Shown here piece after piece: positions 50,697 through 63,287 of a DNA stretch of 64,000 bases. Source of the stretch: Azolla caroliniana (Eukaryota; Plantae; Polypodiophyta). The stretch is taken from positions 7,812,001 to 7,876,000 of the forward strand of contig JBHGNT010000015.1 in NCBI GenBank assembly GCA_043228905.1, read 5' to 3'. Position 1 is the first letter of the stretch, and each line of letters starts with the position of its first letter. The notes under the pieces were generated by a model. That model had not been told where the DNA came from. It saw nothing but the letters and a program-made list of their open reading frames with translations, and made no database searches. The translations under genes and the position numbers were made by a program.

Positions 50697-51199
50697 TTTC
50701 TGTGTCGTTTCGCTCTGATACCACTTGTCGGGAACTCAACGCTCCTTCAGCACAACGCTCCTTATGCACAACGCTCGACCACAACCGAGCTTAGAATGAT
50801 ATACAGAAAAACGGGAAATAAAACACGACACGAAGAAGAGGAAAAAAAAAACACAGGAGGTTTACGTGGAAAACCCCAAACTAGGGGAAAAACCACGGCA
50901 GCCCACAGACTGCAAACTGTCACTATGTAAGAATGTACAACAGTGAGTTCACTGAGGCAACAACCTCGTGCTCACAGATCTTCGCCACAGGCGGCGGTTA
51001 CAACAGAGGCAACAACCTCTTTCTCTCTCTCTCTCTCTCTGTACACAGTTACGCTCTCTCTCTATTCTTTTTCAAACAAGAATGACAACAACAACTACTA
51101 GTTTGCCCTAAGTCATATTTATACTAATATGACTTTTCGGCTATTTACAAATATAGCCTCGATGGACTATCAGAAAACATATTTACAAATATGTCTCTT

Positions 51200-51438
51200 C
51201 ATCCGGTTCTGCGTAGCTGGGTACTCCTCATCCGGTCTTCACCGGGTCTGTATCATCCGGCTCTCCGTAGTCGGGTACTCCTCATCTGGTTCATACCGAG
51301 TCTGCACCATCCGCCCCTCCGTAGCCGGGTACTCCTCATCCGGTTCATACCGGGTCTGTACCATCCGGCTCTCCGTAGCCAGGTACTCCTCATCCAGTCT
51401 TCATCGGGTCTGCATCATCCGGCTCTCCGTAGCCGGGT
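51200..51438. repeat. 54-bp tandem array in the 5' LTR (~4.4 units)
   Basis: Same unit; this LTR is 773 bp versus 827 bp for its partner. Confidence 0.92.
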
Positions 51439-51498
51439 CCACCTCATACGGGGCACTGTTCTTCTCCCTTCCCATCCGGAGGAACCTGTCTCGCAACA

Positions 51499-52157
51499 CT
51501 ACTCAACCACTGAGAAGGAGCTACTTGTGATTGTATGGTCTTTCCAGCAGCTTCACCCATACCTTCATGGTGGACAAGTTACGGTTGAGACTGACCACCA
51601 CCCCTTGTTTTCTCTTATACATTGACCTCACCCCCCGGGCCGCTTGTTGCGATGGACGCTACCACTCCAAGATGATCGGTTTACCCTCTCATATCGGAAA
51701 GGTGCAACCAATTTGATCGCTAATAGTCTCTCTCGCGCCGACTTCCAGGCTGTCCAATTTCTTCCTGAGACATCCAATCTCCTGCTACCATTGCCACAAC
51801 TCGCTACACTTTAGCAACATGACCCCGCCATCCAGGAGATAACCCATCAGTTGCGCTTCCTCCAACCGTTTCCCTCACAACGGCGGTTCATGCTCCACGA
51901 TAACTTGGTGTTCTTCACTCAAGCGCATCACGAGCCTCGTCTCTACATCCCTCATGCCCTACAACAAACGTATCTCCAATTTTATCATGACCAACCATTG
52001 TCGGGCCATCTAGGTTTCCACAAGGTTCTCGAAATATTACACCTCAAGTATTACTGGCCTAATATGCGACACTCTGTTTCTACCTACATCAGACAATGTT
52101 GTTTATGCCATTTGGAACGCTCCAGCCCATCACCATCATGTCACGTTTCGAGTTGGT
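51499..52157 (+). pseudogene. Gypsy-X RNase H C-part and integrase HHCC domain
   Basis: YSTTEKELL, ETDHHPL, YHDQPLSGHLG, YYWPNM..C..C. Confidence 0.9.
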
Positions 52158-52723
52158 TGTGAGGAATAGAGATTGCCCACAACCGAGCCTTAAACTTAAT
52201 CAAAGAACAAAACAGAAATGGAGGTTCATACGTTGACACCGAAGAGACGACACAGGATGTTTATATGGAAAACCCTAAAATGGGAAAAACCACGGGAGCC
52301 CACAAACTCCAAACTATCAGTACAAGAGGAGGGGGTTACATTATGAGGCTTAGAGGCAAGGACCTCAAGCTCTGTATCTTCGCCAACTTGCGGTTTCAAC
52401 AGAAACTAGTTCTGTAACTCTCGCTCACGCTCTCTCTTTATCTCTGTACTACTAAGAACAACCTCATAAAGTGATTGTCCTAAGCCATATTTATACTTAT
52501 ATGACTTTAAGACTATTTACAAATATAGCCTTTACAGGCACACCAGAAAAATATTTGCAGATATGTTCCCTGATCCGGTTCACACCAGATCCATCCAGAT
52601 ACCTTCCGGTTCGGTCCGATTGCTGCATCCGGTCCGGTTCCTTCCTTCAGCTCGTCTGATCTGGTTCATCTTGATCTCATCCAGCTCCCATCCAGAGGGA
52701 CCGAATTACCAACAAACTCCCTT

Positions 52724-53846
52724 TTCACTCTTACATGGAATTTCTCGTTAGTCTGATCCGTCTCCGACACGTGTCCAGTTTGTCGGCTGACAGCACCTTC
52801 GTCATCATATCCAACCCATTCTCCTATGTATGGATCTTCGTTAGCATGAAGTCTTGATCTTCAACCTTCTCCCGAAGCCAATGATATCTTCTCTGGATGT
52901 GCTTGGTCCGGGAATGGTAGGCCATGTTCTTAGCAAGGTAGATGGAACTTTGGTTGTCGCAATAGAGCCGGTATTCCTCCTGTCAGATCCCTAGTTCTCC
53001 GATGAAGTCCCTCATCCAGATTACTTCCTTGCCGGCTTCCACAGCCGCGATGTACTCCGCTTCCGTTGTTGACAGTGCAACGGACTTGTGCAACCTTGAC
53101 TGCCACGATACGGCTCCCCCTCCATATGTCATAACGTATCCGGATGTGGACTGGCTGGTATCCGAATGAGCCGACATATCCGAATCCGTAAAGCCTTCTA
53201 GTTGGTGTTTACCTGAGCCGAACCGGAGGCAAATACTCGAGGTGCCTTTCAAGTACTTGAGTATCCACTTGATCGCGTTCCAGTGTTCTCTTCCCGGATT
53301 GCTCATGAACCGGCTGACCACTTTGACTGCGTATTCGATATCTGGTCAGGTGCACACCATCGCGTACATCAAGCTTCCAACGGCAGATGCATATGGTATC
53401 TTCAACATATCTGACTTCTTTGCCTTTGTCTTCGGGCTCTGCTTTTCAGACAACTTGCAGTTTGCCGGAAGTGTCGAGCCAACTGGTTTCGCATCTGTCA
53501 TGTTAAACCTTTGGAGCACCTTTCTCACATACTTTTCTAGTGACAACTATAGCAATTTCTTCGACCGGTTCCGGATGATGTGCATCCCCAATATCTGTCA
53601 TGCTAGACCCAAATCATTCATTGAGAAGGTCCGGTTCAAGGGCTTCTTCAGATATCCGATTTTGGTTTGATCCGGTCCGACGATCAACATGTCATCCACA
53701 TATAGCAACAGTATCAGGAAGTGTCCTCCATCAAAATTCTTCACGAATACATAGTGGTCAACTTGCGTCTTGTGGTATCCTTGGTCGGTCATGAAGGAGT
53801 CAAACTTCCGGTACCATTGCCGGGGTGCTTGCTTCAGTCCGTATAG
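52724..53846 (-). pseudogene. RT C-part and RNase H of Copia-T copy 4
   Basis: LLYVDD, VGSLMYAM, GFTDSDM. Confidence 0.9.
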
Positions 53847-54921
53847 TGTTGGGAAATCGGTCTCTCCGGATGGGATCTGGTGATGAATAAAGAGGACCCG
53901 GTGAGAACCGGAAGAGATCCGGAAACCGCAGGAGACCCGGTGTGAACGGGAAAAGAGCCGGTGAGAACCGGAAGAGAAGACATATCTGTAAATATGTTTG
54001 GAGCAAGCCTATTGAGGCTATATTTGTAAGTAGCTCTAAGTTCATATAAGTATAAATATGACTTAGGGCAATCACTTTGTAATGTTGTTGATATTGTTGT
54101 AGGTGCATTACTACTGTATAGAGAGCGACAGAGAGAGAGAGTGTGTGTGTGTGAGGGAGATACAGAGAAATACTTTGTTGTATCGCCGGCTGGTGAAGAA
54201 ACAGAGCTCGAGGTCGTTACATCAAGTCTCTGATTGTACCCTCTTTTCTTCATAGTGATAGTTGGAGTTTGTGGGCTCTCGTGGTTTTTCCCATTCAGGG
54301 TTTTCCACGTAAACATCCTGTGTACTCTCCACTTCTCATTTTTGTGTTTAATTCTCATAGAAGTGATTCACTACTCGGTTGTGGCCGAGTTATATTCCAT
54401 GCTATTCTCTTCAAACTGGTATCAGAGCGAACACAGGAAATGGAAGAATCGTTCGGTGGCATGTTCAACCTCACCAGCTCCAACTACTTAGTGTGGAAGT
54501 TGACTAAGAGGGACATGCTAGTGGTTAAAGATCTTTGGTTGCTGGTTGAGTTTGGGGATAAGAGACCAGATAAGATCGACGCCATAGTGTGGGAGGTGAT
54601 GCACATGAAGAAGACAACATACATTCGGTGCTTCATCGACATGAGCATGTACAACAACTGCAATGAAGAGAGCAAGGCTCATGAACTCTAGGAGAAGATC
54701 GACATCATGTTCTAGAACAAGAATGCCGTTAATCGGGTTTCAGTATTCCGGAAGCTAGTGAGGCTCAGGTACCAAGACAGCTCCAGCATGGCAAAGCACA
54801 TGAATGCCTTCTAGGGGCTAATACATCAAGCAACCTCATTGGAAGTATCTCTCGCCGATGATGTACTTGCATTGATCCTGCTCGGTTCCCTCCCGGATAA
54901 CTGGGAGACGTTAGTTGTCAC
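53847..54921 (+). mobile_element. Truncated Copia-T copy 5 (5' LTR 53847-54413, PBS 54417-54428, gag start 54440) in opposite orientation
   Basis: TGTTGGG...TTCA, TGGTATCAGAGC, MEESFGGMFNLT; ends abruptly after ETLVVT. Confidence 0.88.
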
Positions 54922-57634
54922 CACTCCTTTCTTCTATTAAAAACCCTTCACCATGATCCAAGCCTTGTACCTCGGTGGATTTCCGGCGTCTCCCAGTTTC
55001 AGCTTGTACACCCACTTGTTTTGGAGTGGCCTCTTTCCATTCGGCAACTCCGTTAGTTCGTATGTGTGGTTCTCATTTAGGGAATCCATCTCGTCCTGCA
55101 TGGCACTCAACCAATGTGGTTATGGGTGTCTTTCTTTGCTTCTTTGAAGCTTTCCGATCTCCCTCATCGGTCAGCAATACGTGTTGTGCATTCGGAAATC
55201 TCCGGGGGGCTCTTCTCTCTTTGAGAGGGTATCTCTGTCCTTGGTCTTCCACTACCGGTTCCTCCGTTTGTTCTTCATCTGAATTTGCGAGGACTTGACC
55301 GGTTTCGGTGTCCGATCTTCTTCTTCTTCGATCGGTTCGGTGTCTTGTCTGATTACGACCGGTTCTTCGAGTGTTGTCCGGCTTCCGGCCCGATGAATCC
55401 TTGTGTCTTTCAACCGATCTCTACCGGTCAATCCGGAGTCCGCTATCTTCTTCTCTGACTCCCAGTCGGCAATAGTCTTGTGTTCCATGAAGACTATGTC
55501 TCGACTCCGGAACACCTTGTCGACAAAGTCCCACACTCGGTAGCCGAACTCATCATTGCCATATCCAAGGAATATGCATGGCCAGGACTTTGGATCCAAC
55601 TTCGTTCTCTTTTCCTTTGCTACATGCACGTAGGCGAGAGAGCCAAACACCTTCAGATGCCGGTAAGATACATCTTTACCGGTCCATACTCTCTGTGTTG
55701 TATCTCCGTCCAAGGGTGCTGAGGGTGATCTGTTTATCACGTACGTCGCCATCATCAGCGCATTGACCCAAAACATCTTCGATAACTTTGCATGTGCAAG
55801 CATGCTCTAGACGCTCTCCATCACGGTCTAGTTCATCCATTCGGCCAACCCGTTTAGTTCTTGTTTCTTCGGCACGGTAAATTCAAGCCTGATTCCCTTC
55901 GATGGGTAGTACTCTTCGAACTACCCCCAATATTCTTCCCTGTTATCTGCCCGAACTGCCTTTAGCTTCCGGCCACTTTACCTTTCCACTCTCGTGTGGA
56001 GCTCCTTGAAGACGGATAGTACCTGGTCCTTCATCTCAACAGTGAGACCCATAGCTTTCGGTTGTGGTCGTCTATGAATGTCACACAGTACTTCGACCCG
56101 GCATGTGACTTTGTGTCGACTTGACACCATCGGTATGCATCAGCTCCAGTGGTGCATTCCGTCTCATCAGTGGTCTTGACCAGAAGTTTTGCTTGACGGC
56201 CAAGCAATTGGTGCACTTCTCAAGATGCATGTCTTTAACCTTTGGAATGAGGTTATCTTCGGCAAGTCTCCTCATCCCCTTTTGACCCATATGGCACAGT
56301 CTCTTGTGCCACAGCTCACTAGCAATGTTGGATGCTACGTTCACTTCTTCCCGGCATATCCGACATATCCAGCATATCCGGGCATGCATTTTCTGAGCTG
56401 TAGCCACTATCAACTATCAGGCTTCCTTTGCTGAATTTCATGACTCCGTTCTGGATGCTACCTATGTAGCCTTCATCATCCAGTCGATCGTCTTATATCA
56501 GGTTCAATCGAACCTCCGGAACATGGCGGACATCCTTCAGCAACAACTTGCATCCGGTTGATGTCGTCAACAACACATCTCCTATGCTGACAATTCGGCA
56601 TGTACCTCATTCCCCATCCAAACACAGATGTGATCTCCGGTTGTGTAGGATGAGAAGCATTTCCAGTCCGGTGTCAAGTGGAACGATGCTCCAGAATCGA
56701 CAACCCATGTTGTCTCGTCGCCGACAATGTTTATCTCATGCTTCTTAGTGATGAGCAATAATTCTTCTTCACTTGTCGTGATCGCCGATGTTCCTTTCCG
56801 ACCCGGACCTCTCCGGTTTGAACCATTTCGGTCCGAACTCTTCTTCGAATCGGTGGTGTCAGCCCCTTTCTCTTTCCGGAAATGCCGACAATTATACTGG
56901 AAGTGCCCCAACTTCCCACAGTAGAAGCAAGTAGGCCTCCCCCTTGACTTTGACCTTGTACCCGATTTGTCTCGGTTTTGGGGACTCCGATTTTGGCGTC
57001 TTCCCTAGTTACGGTCATGTTCCGTAACCAAGTCCTTTGGGTCGGTTCCGGAATTCCGGTCCTTCCAACGAGCTTACTCATCCAGCAAGCTTGATTTTAC
57101 CCTTGCTAGGGACAACTGCTTTCCTTCTAGCTGTTGCCCAAAGTGACAACTAGCGTCTCCCAACTATCCATGAGGGAACCGAGAAGGAGCAATGCAAGTA
57201 CCTCATTGGCCAGAGGTACTTCAAGCAAAGTTGTTTGATTTATGAGCCCTTGGAATGCGTTCATGTGCTCCACCATGTTGGATCCGTCTTGGAACTGGAG
57301 TCTCACTAACTTCTGGAATACCGAAACCCGATTTACGACGTTTTTACTCTCCAGCATGGTACCGATTTTCTCCCAGAGCACATGGGCCTTACTTTCTTCA
57401 TTAAAGGTCATTAAAGTTGTTGTATTGGCTCATGTTGATGAAGCACCGTATGTATGTCGTCGTCTTCATGTGCATCACCTCCCATGTCATGGCATCAATC
57501 TTGTCTGGTTTCTTGTCCCCGAACTGTACTGGTAGCCAGAGATTTTTGACCACGAACATGTCCCTCATCTTCGACTTCCACACTAGGTAGTTGGAGTCAG
57601 TGAGCTTGATTAGGCTTCTGAATGACTCTTCCAT
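54922..57634 (-). pseudogene. gag-PR-IN-RT N-part of Copia-T copy 4
   Basis: MEESFRSL, LGSLMDSWE, WVVDSGAS, LWHKRLCH, PCIFLGYG. Confidence 0.9.
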
Positions 57635-58098
57635 TTTCTTGTTTGCTCTGAGACCAGTTTATGAGGAATAGAGGTCGACCGCAACTGAGCCTTAAACTTA
57701 ATGAGAGAACAAAACCGAAATGGAGGTTCGTACGCTTACACCGAAGAGACGACACAGGATGTTTACATGGAAAACCCTAATATGGGAAAAACCACGGGAG
57801 CCCATAGACTCCAAAGTATCACTACAAGAGGAGGGGGTTACATTATGAGGCTCAGAGGCATGGACCTCGAGCTTTGTATATTCGCCAACTGGCGGTTAAA
57901 ACAGAAACTAGTTCTGTAACTCTCGCTCACGCTCTCTCTCTATCTCTGTACAACTAACAACAACCTCATAAAGTGATTGCCCTAAGTCATATTTATATAC
58001 TTATATGACTTTAAGACTATTTACAAATATAGCCTATACAGGCACACTAGAAACATATTTGTAGATATCACCCATCCGGAGGGACCGAATTCCCAACA

Positions 58099-58501
58099 TT
58101 GGTCGGATGGGATTTCATGGGACCTTTTCCCGAAACCTCGAGGGGCAACATGTATATCCTGTTCATAACAGAATACCTCACCAAGTGGGCTAAAATTGTG
58201 GTCACCCCCGATGTCATTGCGCCAACAATTGCATCCCAACTCTTGCAAAAGGTAATTTTTCAGCATGGTTGCCCTATCAAACTCTTATCTCATGAGGGCT
58301 GCCAGTTCCATGGCGATGTCCTTAGTACGATCACAACTCAACTACGTGTCCAACAAGTGTTTACGTCCCCGTACCATTCGCAAACAAATGGCCTCACTGA
58401 ACACCTCAACAAGACCCTCAAGCAAGAGATTGCCACTTACATCAATCCATACCACAAAACATGGGATCAAATCTTGGCTTTTGTCACCCACGCCTACAAT
58501 A
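58099..58501 (+). pseudogene. Gypsy-X integrase catalytic core
   Basis: GWDFMGPFP, EYLTKW, YHSQTNGLTE. Confidence 0.9.
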
Positions 58502-58964
58502 TATATTGGAGATCTAGGTACTAAAGTAAGCTTAACATAAGGATAAACTAATGATAGATAGAAAGGAGAAAGAGAAAGAGGGGTGCCGATCCAGCCGACC
58601 ACCCCCGAGCGAAGGGATCGAGACAGACTCGAGCCTCGATCGGCATCCCATACCACCGTCGTGGCGTCGAGTCGTACCTGGTGTTGGCGCGCTCGCTACA
58701 AGAGTTGACCCACCACAAGAGTAGAGTCTCGATGTAGTCAAAAAGATGATCCAATGAGGGTAGCTAGGCCTCTTATTTATAGCGATACCCAGGGCCCCTA
58801 GGCAAGTTCACACTTGACCTAATGGGTTGTCTCAATCTCGAGGATTAAAAGTAATCCTCCCCTTCTTTACACTCTCGTTTAACCCTCACACTTATCCACG
58901 TGTATAGAATACTATGGTAAATTCTCACCATGGGATATTAAATGGTCATGCCCGTAACATACTC

Positions 58965-59273
58965 CCCTTCTTTAAAACATTGCACTCTTGCAATGGAAAG
59001 TTAGGGAAGTTTGTTCCTAGAGTATTCTCACGTTCCCATGTGGCATCTTTGATAGATTTGTCCATCCATTTAATTTTAAATTCTCGGATTTCCTTAGTAC
59101 GTAACTTTTTTGTTTTAATATCGAGAATTCTTTCTGGTACATGTGGTTTCGAAGATAAATTTCAGAAGTAACCAGAGTTTCAGTTGTAACTATGTTGTCG
59201 CCAGAACCTAGAAGTTCTTTTAGACGACTCACATGGAAGACTGGATGAATTCCAACACAATTTGGAAGAGTGA
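58965..59273 (-). pseudogene. Integrase C-terminus with chromodomain
   Basis: IHPVFHVSRLK then VPERILDIKTKKLRTKEIREFKIKWMDKSIKDATWERE. Confidence 0.88.
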
Positions 59274-60583
59274 TGTCGCGGTAATACAACGAGGATACGT
59301 GAACGTTGAGGCAGGACCCCGGGGCCTCCGACCAGAGGATAATCACATTTGTGCGTTTATATTTTTAACAAATAACAGAAAGAAGAAATTTAATAATTTT
59401 CATTAACAAAGGAAAAAGAAATTACAATATGTCCCAAGATTGGGATTTAGAAGTTTTAGGTTTACTAAGATTAATAGAAAAGAAAAATTAGGGGTTTTGA
59501 GAGATATGGCTTCCGTAGGGAAGATTAGGGTTTTTGAGTGTTATGGCTTCCCTAAGATAAGAGAGTTGAGAAGAAAATTAAGATAATATGGAGAGTCCTC
59601 GTGTAGAAAAAAAAATGGAATAAATATGGAGTTCTCTCTTGATCATAGCCTTTTCACTTTTTGTTGCATGGCCTCTACTTTTTGTTGCCTAGCTCTTTCT
59701 TTTGGTTGGATGTGACTGTCCACATGACCTTTACTTTTTCCATGCACTCCCTTCTTTAGTTGCTTGCGTCCACATGGCCTTTACTTTAGTTCTCTTCACT
59801 TTACTTTAGTTTGTTGCATGATCCAATCTTTCGTCCGTTCGCGTCCAACATCGTCCGGTAGCCGGTTCCATTTTGCTTGCCGGTCGGTTCCGGTTCCGAT
59901 TTTGCTTGCCGGCCGGTTCCGGTTCCGGTTTTGCTTGCCGGCTGGTTCCGGTTTTGCTTACCGGCCAGTTTCCGGTTTTGCTTGCCGACCGGTTTCCGGT
60001 TTTGCTTGCCGACCGGTTTCCGGTTTGCATACCCGTTCCGGTTCCGGTTTGCTTGCCAGCCGGTTCCGGTTTGCTTATCGGCCGGTTTCCGGTTTTGCTT
60101 ACCGGCCGGTTTCCGGTTTGCATACCCATTCCGGTTCCAGATTTGCTTGCCGGACCCGTTTTCCAGATTTGCTTACCGGACCCGTTTTCCAGATTTGCTT
60201 ATAAGACCCGTTTTCCGGATTTGCTTACCGGCCGATTTTCCGGATTTGCTTACCGGCCGGTTTTCGGTTTTAGGGAATTTAGCCACTATCATCCATTAAG
60301 ACAAAGTGGCCAAAGTGCTCTTAGCACAAATGAAAAGTGAGGGAGCTCAAGGTGTTTATATAGCCAGGGCCTTAACTTTCCTATCTATGTGGGATAATTC
60401 TAATTTCCCTATCTTCTCAAACTTTATTTTCTCATAACTTGATATGTATTTCTCCATTTTGTATATAGTAAAATACATTTTGAAGCTCTTGAGTATATCC
60501 ATCTTTCTATAGTAAGCTACTAATCTAATCTATAATAATTATTTCATTATTTTTTTACATAGTGTGTAAAGATTCACACGACA
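59274..60583. mobile_element. Probable solo LTR (1310 bp) inserted in the chromovirus integrase
   Basis: TGTCGCG...CACGACA termini; 4-bp TSD GTGA/GCGA; removal restores AYRLALPN; non-coding. Confidence 0.65.
59855..60270. repeat. CCGG-rich minisatellite (24-bp and 26-bp units)
   Basis: CCGACCGGTTTCCGGTTTTGCTTG and CCGGACCCGTTTTCCAGATTTGCTTA units. Confidence 0.9.
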
Positions 60584-63287
60584 GCGAGACGATAGGCTGA
60601 TGACCCAATGCGTTTGAGGACTGTAAAAGGTTCACAAAACCATGGGGCTAACTTAGCGCACTTACCCGTAGACAATGTCTTAGAATTGTGAGGTACACGT
60701 AAAAATACCTTCTGTCCAGGGTTGAATACACGAGGTTGCCTATGATGGTCGGCATAAAAACGCACTCTATCTTGAGCTGTTTTTATATTATCTCGTGCAA
60801 TATGCAACATATCTTGCATATCCCGAAGAAAGTTTTGCGTACTTCGCAACTCATCACGATGTATATTAACATCAATCGGGGCTCGTGGCTGAAAACCATA
60901 CATCAACATAAAAGGACTATATCCCGTCGACGTATGCTTGGAGCTATTATAAGCAAACTCCAAAATTGGGAGATAACGTTCCCATTTTGTTGGTTTTGCA
61001 CCAACGTATGCTCGAAACATGTCCTCAATAATTTGATTTACTCGTTCTATCTGTCCATCGGATTGTTTTGAGATCTTCGCATAAAACTGTTTGTCACACA
61101 ATGTTTGTAAAACAAAGCGAACATGTCTAGGATGTTCTTTTAATGTACTACTATAAACTAAAATATCATCCAAGAAAATAATGACAAATTTTCCAAGTTG
61201 TTCTCGGAAAATGTCATTCATTTCTTGTTGAAAAGTAGCCGGAGCATTGGTCAAACCAAAAGGCATAACCAAAAACTCGTAATGGCCATAGCGCGTACGA
61301 AATGCCATTTTAGGAACATCGTCCTCACTTATTCGTATTTGATGGTAGCCAGTACGGAGATCAAGTTTCGTAAAATACCGAGCTCCTTGGAGACGGTCAA
61401 TCAGATCGTTAGCCCGGGGCAATGGGTACGAATTCTGGATCGTCACTTTAATCAAGCGTCGGTAATTAATACACATACACCATGTGCCCTCTTTCTCTTT
61501 TACCAAGAGAACTGGTGCACCCCATGGAGATTTACTATAACGTATATAACCCATTCATAAATAGTCCTTGAGTTGCTTAGATACCTCATCTTCGTCAGAT
61601 CAACTTAAGCGATACAGAGGTATACTTATTGGTGCAACACCAGGTACAATATCTATACGATGGTCTATATTACGTTTAGGAGGTAACCCATCAGGTAGTT
61701 CACTCGGAAAAACATCATGAAAATCATTTAAGATTTCATCAAGTTGTTGTTGCTCAAAATATGTTAATTGAACCGGGACATTATCGATATTGTAAATGTG
61801 AATGTCCGAATCAAGTACACAATAAAATAACGTAGAACAAGACAACTCGGATTTTGATGAACACGAGGAAACAATCGAGAGGGATTGTTTTTTGATACAT
61901 TGAATAAAATGCGTACAATCGTTCAGTACAAAAGAAATGGAATGGCGAACCCAATCAATAAATAAAGAAGAGTTTTTATTATAAAACCAGAGATAACCCA
62001 GTATTACATCGGTGGTACAAAGATTCATTACATGGAAGTCTACTTCCTCTATATAAGTATCAATAGAAATTCCTAATGAATGAATCGCCCCGTTGATGTA
62101 TTGTACTCTCCCATTAGCCAAGTGTACCGTGTAGGTGTGATCACTTACGGTGGGTTGGATTCCCCATATCTGAACCAAACGATCATTCACAAAATTGTGT
62201 GAGCTTCCCGAATCAAATAAAAATTGTACAGGAGATCCATTGATATACCCGTTTGCACGTAGTAAATCATTGGGACCCAATACATAGTGAGGAAAAGAAC
62301 ATTGACAATTACTTAAATGATGTGTATAGACCTGAAGGACATTAGGAATCTGACCTTTATGGTCTGAAGCTTTAGGTTTGCTGTCGTGCTCTTTCCGTTG
62401 GAGCTTTCGACATTGCTCTTTTGTGTGACCCTTCTTTTTGCAGAATACGCAAAAAGGATGTTGTCGCTTACAATCGCGATCCAGGAATTCGTTGGGTGTC
62501 TTGCGTTTCCCAACAAATTGCGATTGCTTAGTCCCTGGCGCTTCGTTGGGTTTGTTGTGGTCCTTCTTCGAAGTGCGTTGATAGCGAAGAACTATTTCAA
62601 CGGCCTCTTCGAAGGATTTTGGATCCTTATCATGCACTATCCAGTGATAGTCCGAATTGGGGATGCCATTGATAAAACAAGCTATCAACCAATTGTCCCC
62701 TTCTAGACCCAATTTTTGGATTTGGGTTCTAGCATGGTGAACATAGTCTTCTAGCGAGGAAAATTTCCTGCTAGAGAGGTTCATTAAAGCTTGTGCTACC
62801 TCGGTTCGAGAGGGAGGTTGCAGAAATTGGCCCTTAAAAACCGTGACAAAATCTGTCCAGGTATCGGGCAATTCCCTATAGTACGGAGCCCACGACACTA
62901 GGCGGCAGCCTTACCCCCGAGTTCTCGGCCGACATATGCAATCTTCGTACTATCTAGCGTGGGATAGAGCTCCAAATGAGACTCCCATCGTCCCAGCCAT
63001 GTGCAGATTGCTTCTTCGGTTCTTTCCTTTTTGTCTCCCGTAAATGGTTTAACGACAAATGATGGTTCACCTTGTCGCTCATCAGGTCTATTAGTCTCAC
63101 GTTGTAGACTAATGACACGTGCCTCAAGAGCACTCTGAGATTGCCAAAGTTTGGTCATTTGTTGAGCGGTGAAACTAAGGTATTGGCTTATTTGTGCCAA
63201 ATACATCTCAGTGGACATTTGTCTAGGAGGATTCCCTTGAGTTCCTTCCGCTTGAGCGGATGACATCGGGTCATTAATTTGAGCCAT
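60584..63287 (-). pseudogene. Chromovirus gag-PR-RT fused by deletion to the late integrase core
   Basis: CVFCKKKGHTKEQC, FLFDSGS, IFLDD; junction YAKISK|QSDGQIER near 61066. Confidence 0.9.

Larger units (their letters stand above)
45896..51498 (-). mobile_element. Complete Tnt1/Tork-like Copia, Copia-T copy 3 (best preserved)
   Basis: TSD CTACT at 45891-45895 and 51499-51503; LTRs 45896-46722 and 50726-51498; PBS 50712-50723; PPT 46725-46734. Confidence 0.96.
52158..58098 (-). mobile_element. Tnt1/Tork-like Copia, Copia-T copy 4, heavily decayed
   Basis: TSD TTGGT at 52153-52157 and 58099-58103; LTRs 52158-52714 and 57660-58098; mutated PBS 57645-57656. Confidence 0.92.
4266..58501 (+). 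mobile_element. Ty3/Gypsy element Gypsy-X, the basal host of the nest, split into four pieces (3' end beyond window or lost)
   Basis: Reading frame is restored across TSD-bounded inserts: PTSIK|SLQRFLG (6765/45569), AEHNY|STTEKE (45895/51504), FELV|GWDFMGP (52157/58104). Confidence 0.88.

Noticed and set aside
59456-59535. Interstitial telomere repeat
   Set aside because: Only isolated TTAGGGTTT-like motifs, not tandem.
59764-60340. Several overlapping 107-155 aa ORFs
   Set aside because: Produced by a stop-free CCGG minisatellite; the translations are purely repetitive.
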